A stretch of DNA of 63,018 nucleotides, filler included. It is 8 parts of 8 records of this genome, joined end to end, with 100 filler letters (N's around TTAATTAATTAA, not from the genome) between each part and the next. Parts side by side here need not be neighbours in the genome. Positions count along the whole stretch, not along the records: positions 56,004 to 63,018 come from SRR31147125_161; 7 more parts are not named here. One strand, given 5' to 3'. The position numbers and the translations under genes are program-made. The notes under the pieces are model-generated. The model saw only the letters and a program-made list of their open reading frames with translations. It made no database searches and had not been told where the DNA came from. Numbering within the stretch: the stretch's first letter is position 1; each line of letters starts with the position of its first letter. This document shows, piece by piece, positions 57,850-63,018 of the stretch.

Positions 57850-59022
57850 TTATAGCTTCAATCGTAAATTTGAGATTGGATAAGCCATACATGGATGAAT
57901 GAATCCAAGATTTCTATCACTCTCACGAACTCCAACATGACCGGGAACAAAAACTTCACCTGAAAGCATTTTTGTTCTGCAATAACTGCATTCACCGGAA
58001 CGACAAAGCGCAGGAACTACAATGTTGTTTTTTTCCATAGAATTCAGTAATGGTTCCGTTGATTTTGCTAAAAATGACTCCCCATTTACAAACACCTCGA
58101 ATTTATCTGTTGGTCGTACATCTTTCGGCCATGCCGGATCATCCGAGACTTTGTCTGGTGTGCCATAAAGTTCCCGTCTGATTTTGTGTCGAGGAACTCC
58201 CAGTTTGGTTAGTTCACCAAGCACGAAATCATACATTTTTGTAGGACCGCAGATCAGGAATGTTTTGTTGCGAACATTGCCGACATGCACTTTAATTAGG
58301 TCAGATGTAATAAACCCGATTACTCCCTTATATCCCTGAGTTGGATCGGTTAGAACCAAAGCGTAATTCAGGTTCAGATTGTTTTTGGACATTGTGTCCA
58401 GTTCGGCAGCAAATATCGTATCGTCAATACTTCCACTTCCATAGATCAAATGAGTCTTTACAGGCCAGTTTTTACCGAAAAAGTCCCTTAATATGCTCAT
58501 AATCGGAGTAATTCCACTACCACCGCCAATAAAAACAATTTCGTTTTTATCTGTTAATGGCTCGAAATAAAAACTTCCAGCAGGCCCTGAACTATAAAAA
58601 ACATCACCAATGTTTACATTGTCCAACAGATAGTTCGAGACAAATCCATCCGGTTTGCGACGGATCGTCAGATCGATGTAGTTACGCCCGGGAGCGGAAG
58701 AAATGCTATATGGACGACTTGTTCTTATTCCATCGATTGTCAGAAAAAGGTTGATATATTGCCCTGCCCTGAATGGAGGAACGTTTCCATCTACTCTGCG
58801 AAATCTGAGAGTTTTGGTTGTTTCCGTTTCCCAAACCAATTCTACAATTTCAAGTTTCATAGTTTTGGGATGTATTTTTTCAACCATTTTTCGGGCGTAA
58901 TGTTTGTATTTTTCGATAGAATAATCGGTTCCTTTTATAGTAGAACGCATTGCCTGACGTTTGCCTAACGCCGTCAGATATTTACTTAAATCCTGTGCAA
59001 TATTAAATAGTTCAAAAGCCAT
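57850..59022 (-). CDS. FNR-type FAD/NAD(P) oxidoreductase with C-terminal 2Fe-2S ferredoxin
   Basis: FRAGQY, RPYSISS, GGSGITP, ICGP, CRSGECSYCR..HPC; start MAFELF at 59022. Confidence 0.9.
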   Translation of the reverse strand: MAFELFNIAQDLSKYLTALGKRQAMRSTIKGTDYSIEKYKHYARKMVEKIHPKTMKLEIVELVWETETTKTLRFRRVDGNVPPFRAGQYINLFLTIDGIRTSRPYSISSAPGRNYIDLTIRRKPDGFVSNYLLDNVNIGDVFYSSGPAGSFYFEPLTDKNEIVFIGGGSGITPIMSILRDFFGKNWPVKTHLIYGSGSIDDTIFAAELDTMSKNNLNLNYALVLTDPTQGYKGVIGFITSDLIKVHVGNVRNKTFLICGPTKMYDFVLGELTKLGVPRHKIRRELYGTPDKVSDDPAWPKDVRPTDKFEVFVNGESFLAKSTEPLLNSMEKNNIVVPALCRSGECSYCRTKMLSGEVFVPGHVGVRESDRNLGFIHPCMAYPISNLRLKL

Positions 59023-59024
59023 GA

Positions 59025-60565
59025 CTATCCTCTTTTCAGTCTGGTTTTCAGCTTGAATGAAATCGCAGCTCCGGCCTGTTGACCAGAGAACATCGCCGGA
59101 GCAAATCCACCACCAGGCTGCACCCACGCACCTACAAAATACAAGTTTTTAAGCGGGCCGAAAAAGCTCGGTCTTAACACTGTATGATTAAATGGAGTGT
59201 TATCATAACCGTAAATGCTTCCTCCAAGTGTTCCTGCGTACCTCATGTTTGTGATAGGAGTAGAAACTTCAACAACCTCAGTATTTTCACGTAGTCCCGG
59301 CATTATCGTTTCTGCCGTATCAATCATTTTATCAGCTATGCGATTTTTTGTATCTACGTATTCCTCCGGCGGAACATTCATCCACGGATCGCCATACATA
59401 AGAGCTGTCAAAACTGTCATTGAAGTATCTGGAGGAGTGATATCAGGTAGCAATGAATTGTAATTTGTTACAGCAATAGCTCCCGGATTATCCAGTTTTT
59501 TCATCTGGGAATATTGCCAGTCGAGATCGTAATCTCTGCTTACAAAAATTTCATGTTCCTGAGAATCGAAATATTCGAGTGGTTTGTTTAACCCCATGTA
59601 AACATTGAAAGAACTTGCGGCAACATCACATGATTTTAGCTTTTTGTAGTACTCTTTCGGCACATTTTCAAGCCCTATCAGGTTATTGCAAGTAGAAACC
59701 TGATCAGCATTACTGACTACAGCATCGGCAAGAATTTCATCTCCGTATTCAGTGATAACGCCTGTTACCTTGCCATTGTTCGTTGTTATTTTTTCAACTC
59801 CGCAACTTAGTTGACATTCTCCTCCAAGTTCTTGAAATCTTTCAAGAAAAGCATTTGATAGTGCCTGCGATCTTCCATTAATATGTGTTCCGCCAAACTT
59901 GACATATGAAGCAAGTCCGAGAGCGAAATAAAAGAAAGCAAGCTTTGAAGGAGGCATACCAAAGTAGACCCAATATTGGCAAATAACGGCTTTTACTCTT
60001 TCGTCTTTTATGTCTCTGCTGATTACATCTTCCAAAGTAGCAAACATGTATCTTGGCAAAGATGTCAATTTAAAAGGCAGCAAAGGCAACTGAGTTAAAA
60101 CTCCCGGCATTTTCGAGTTTTGCAGCTTGAATAAAACTCCAATCTCTTTGGAAAGAGAAAAGATTCTACCCATAAACTTCTTTATGCCTTTGTTTTCATG
60201 CGGAAATTCCCGGCACAAAGCGTCTGTAAATTCATCTTTACCTTGTGGTAAACTTACATCCAGTTCCGGATAAATCGAACGATACAAAGTAGTTATCGGA
60301 ACCCAGCTGACTTTATCGAGAACACCCAGATATCCGAGGAAGCGTCTAAGCATTCCAGGATTATCGTCGGTTCCAATGTCTGATAATTCGTGCAAGGCAG
60401 TCTCGAATTCAAAACGACCACGCACAAAGCTCGTCGCATAACCGCCAGGAACATTATGTTTTTCAAGCAGCAAAACGCTGTGTTTTTTCTTTGCCAGTAA
60501 AGTTGCTACTGACAATCCACCAAGTCCTGCGCCTACTACAATTGCGTCATATTTTTCTGCACCAT
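59025..60565 (-). CDS. Phytoene desaturase/retinol saturase-like FAD oxidoreductase (frameshift near the start)
   Basis: KYDAIVVGAGLGGL upstream of called start; LEKHNVPGG, STPIT, GSIYG, NLYFVGAW; RBS and ATG at 60565 lie one base out of frame. Confidence 0.85.
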
Positions 60566-60603
60566 CGGCAGTCCCCTGTTTTATAAAAAACGAACAAAAC
60601 TAT

Positions 60604-62297
60604 TTACCTTAATGCCTTTTTATCTACTTTCCCGACTGACGTCAAGGGTATCTCTTTGGTAAATTCAATTATCTTTGGAATTTTGTAGGGAGCCATGTTT
60701 TCTTTACAAAACGCGGTTATCTCATTGCTGATCTCTTCATGACTTCGTTTTTTATGATCGCTTGCCAATTGAACCACCAGCTTTACAATCTCGCTTCCCG
60801 GCCTATCCTGATTTGGCAACCCTACAATCGCACAAAATTCGATAGCCGGAACTTCATACAGTTTTTCTTCTACTTCACGCGAAAAAACCTTGTATCCTCC
60901 GACATTTAGCATGTCTTTGGCTCGGTCAACGATAAAGATAAAGCCATCATCATCCATGCGGCCAACATCGCCCGAAAACAGCCAACGATCGGCCTGAAAC
61001 GCTCTTAAAGCATGGTCGGACTCTTCAGGCTTCTTGTAATAGCCTTCCATGATCTGAGGCCCTTTTGTGATGATTTCGCCCTCTTCTCCAATCGGAACTT
61101 CTGTTTCATTATCTTCAAGGCTGATAATTTTCACAATTGTGTTTTGCATTGGAAGTCCGACAGAACCAATCTTTTTCGGCATTGTGACAGGCGACGAAGC
61201 CATAATCGGACTTGTTTCAGTCATTCCATAAGCTTCTACAACTTTTCCATCGCCGACAACTGCTTCAAAAGCTCTTATGCTTTCAGCAGCAAAAGGAGCG
61301 GCACCGGAAATACAAATTCTGAGGTTTGAAAAATCAAGCTTTTTGAAATTCGGATTATCAAGAAGCATTTGGTACAACGAAGGCACATTTGCCATGCCAG
61401 CCGGCCTGAATTTGTCCATTTCCTCGCAAATATGATTCGTGTTTCTTGGATCAGGGATGAGAATTTGCGCATTTCCTGAGCAAACTGCCCCCATATACAT
61501 TATTAAACCTGCCTGATGAAACATTGGAAACGCGGAGCAAAAAGTCTCTCCACCTTTGTTTAAATCGTACCATTCAGTCACTTGAGTGATGTTCGACACC
61601 ATATTTCGGTGAGAAAGCTCGGTTCCTTTTGGAAGCCCCGTTGTGCCTCCTGTGTATTGAATCAGGCAAATATCCTGCTGAGTTATGTCGACGTTGAATT
61701 TGTCAGCCTTTTCTTTTTTAAGAATTTCCTTGAAGCCAACGACTGTTTTTCCAGTAATTTCAGACATTTTGCCGACTGGAACTTTTTCAAAAGCTTTGCC
61801 ATGAACTGCTTGATTGGAGGCAAAAAGTCGACGATATTTGTAACAACAACATGTGTCAAATTCGGTACTTTGTCTTTTATTTTCAAAAATCGATGCTCGA
61901 ACAAAGCATCGAGAATCACAAGGGCTTTTACATCTGCATCGTTTATTTGATACGCCATTTCTTTCGGCGTCATGAGTGGCGAGATTCCGGTTGCGGCGCA
62001 TCCGGCTCGAATTGCTCCTGTGTGAGCGATTAAATATTGCGGCGTGTTTGGCAAACAAACTCCGACTTTATCGCCTTTTTTACATCCACAATTCTTGTAA
62101 AAATTGGCAAATTTGAGAGAATCAACGTCGAACTCTTTGAAAGTACTCGACATTCCAAGGAAGTGATAAGCAATTTCATCAGGAATTTTTTCAATACCTT
62201 TTTCCATCAGATCGACATAATTGCAATCCGGGATCTCCAAATTCGGATTCACCCATTCGTCGTAGGATTTTAGCCAAGGCTTGTCGTCGTATTTCAT
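60604..62297 (-). CDS. Long-chain fatty-acid--CoA ligase (frameshift near 61786)
   Basis: KPWLKSY, PNTPQ; YTGGTTGLPKG, YGMTE, SGDVG, DRAKD, VGKVDK. Confidence 0.9.
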
Positions 62298-62347
62298 CAG
62301 ATCACTCCTTTTTTAAATTGCTTAACTCCCAGATTCTATTTTGCTCG

Positions 62348-62698
62348 TCATTCACATTTTCGTTCCAGTTTCCTCAAATCAACTTTATATTTGTTATTTC
62401 CCTCTCCATAAAAAATCAGTTCGTCCGCTTTTTTCCACTTTTCCTCATCCATGTAACAATAAAAAGCGAGAGTTTCGCCAGCCGCGATTTCCTGTTCGCC
62501 GCCGGGCATAAGAGCCTGATAATTCTCGGCTTTTTCATTCTCAACGAGATCAAATTGCCCTATTATTTTCACGCTTTCACTGGATTCATTTGTGACATGG
62601 ATTTCGAGATTCTGGTCAATCATTTTCAGGCCACAGCAAGTTTTGAACTCAAGAACATCACCGGCGCACGAGTTCATAAATGGTTGAACTTTAAGCAT
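62348..62698 (-). CDS. Hypothetical protein (116 aa)
   Basis: ORF co-oriented 50 bp upstream of the ligase; contains C..CC..C. Confidence 0.55.
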   Translation of the reverse strand: MLKVQPFMNSCAGDVLEFKTCCGLKMIDQNLEIHVTNESSESVKIIGQFDLVENEKAENYQALMPGGEQEIAAGETLAFYCYMDEEKWKKADELIFYGEGNNKYKVDLRKLERKCE

Positions 62699-63018
62699 TT
62701 TTCGCCCTTTGCGTTTTCCAGAATCGTTTTTTTACTTGGCACTTTTTCTATTATCAAAAGCAGAATAACACTTTTTAAGCTTTAGTCAAAAAAAAGATTG
62801 AATCAATAATTATAATTTTCAGGCTGGTGCTTTTTCAAATGCACAATCGCGCTAATTTGCATGATATTGCAAAAAAGGCCGTCTTTCCGGCTACTTTTGC
62901 TCGGAACTGTTTGAAAAGGGAGTAAATTTGAAGCTATAATCCAACATCATAAAGCCATGTAAACCAAAGATATCTCTAGGGTTTTAGGCTTTCAGTTCGT
63001 AATTTTCAGCTCGAAAAA

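Overview
This is not one locus. It is eight unrelated contigs joined by 100-nt N spacers, each carrying a six-frame stop linker (TTAATTAATTAA), so synteny only holds inside each piece. Taxonomic labels below are guesses from gene content and sequence style. (1) 1-5299: secreted FG-GAP beta-propeller/GH123-like protein and a partial Gfo/Idh/MocA oxidoreductase. (2) 5400-12735: Bacteroidota PUL fragment (susC-susD-GH2). (3) 12836-22705: Bacteroidota DUF1080 lipoprotein, a TetR-controlled TolC/HlyD/ABC efflux operon, cupin, CHAD and an ECF sigma start. (4) 22806-36002: probably FCB-group; DHH protein, alpha/alpha-barrel lipoprotein, TlpA, OsmC, ECF sigma, CsgG-like, beta-barrel, TPR, and a metallopeptidase-propeller-Omp85 protein. 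(5) 36103-44282: DUF3795, MATE-merR-MATE, panD, gluQ, pgk. (6) 44383-49482: Desulfobacterota-like atpD-atpC, short glmU-like gene, zapB, zapA, 6S RNA, rny. (7) 49583-55903: low-GC Clostridia-like comEC-holA-hemZ and two patatins. (8) 56004-63018: a triple-repeat lipoprotein and a putative lipid-modification operon. About 13 genes carry single-base frameshifts, mostly in homopolymers, which look like sequencing errors. I saw no CRISPR array, rRNA, tRNA, intact transposase or clear new defence system. The best leads are the NGP-to-NDY change in PGK, a patatin lacking its catalytic Ser, a MITE/REPIN-like inverted-repeat element, heptamer repeats at operon junctions, the triple-domain lipoprotein and the contig 8 operon.
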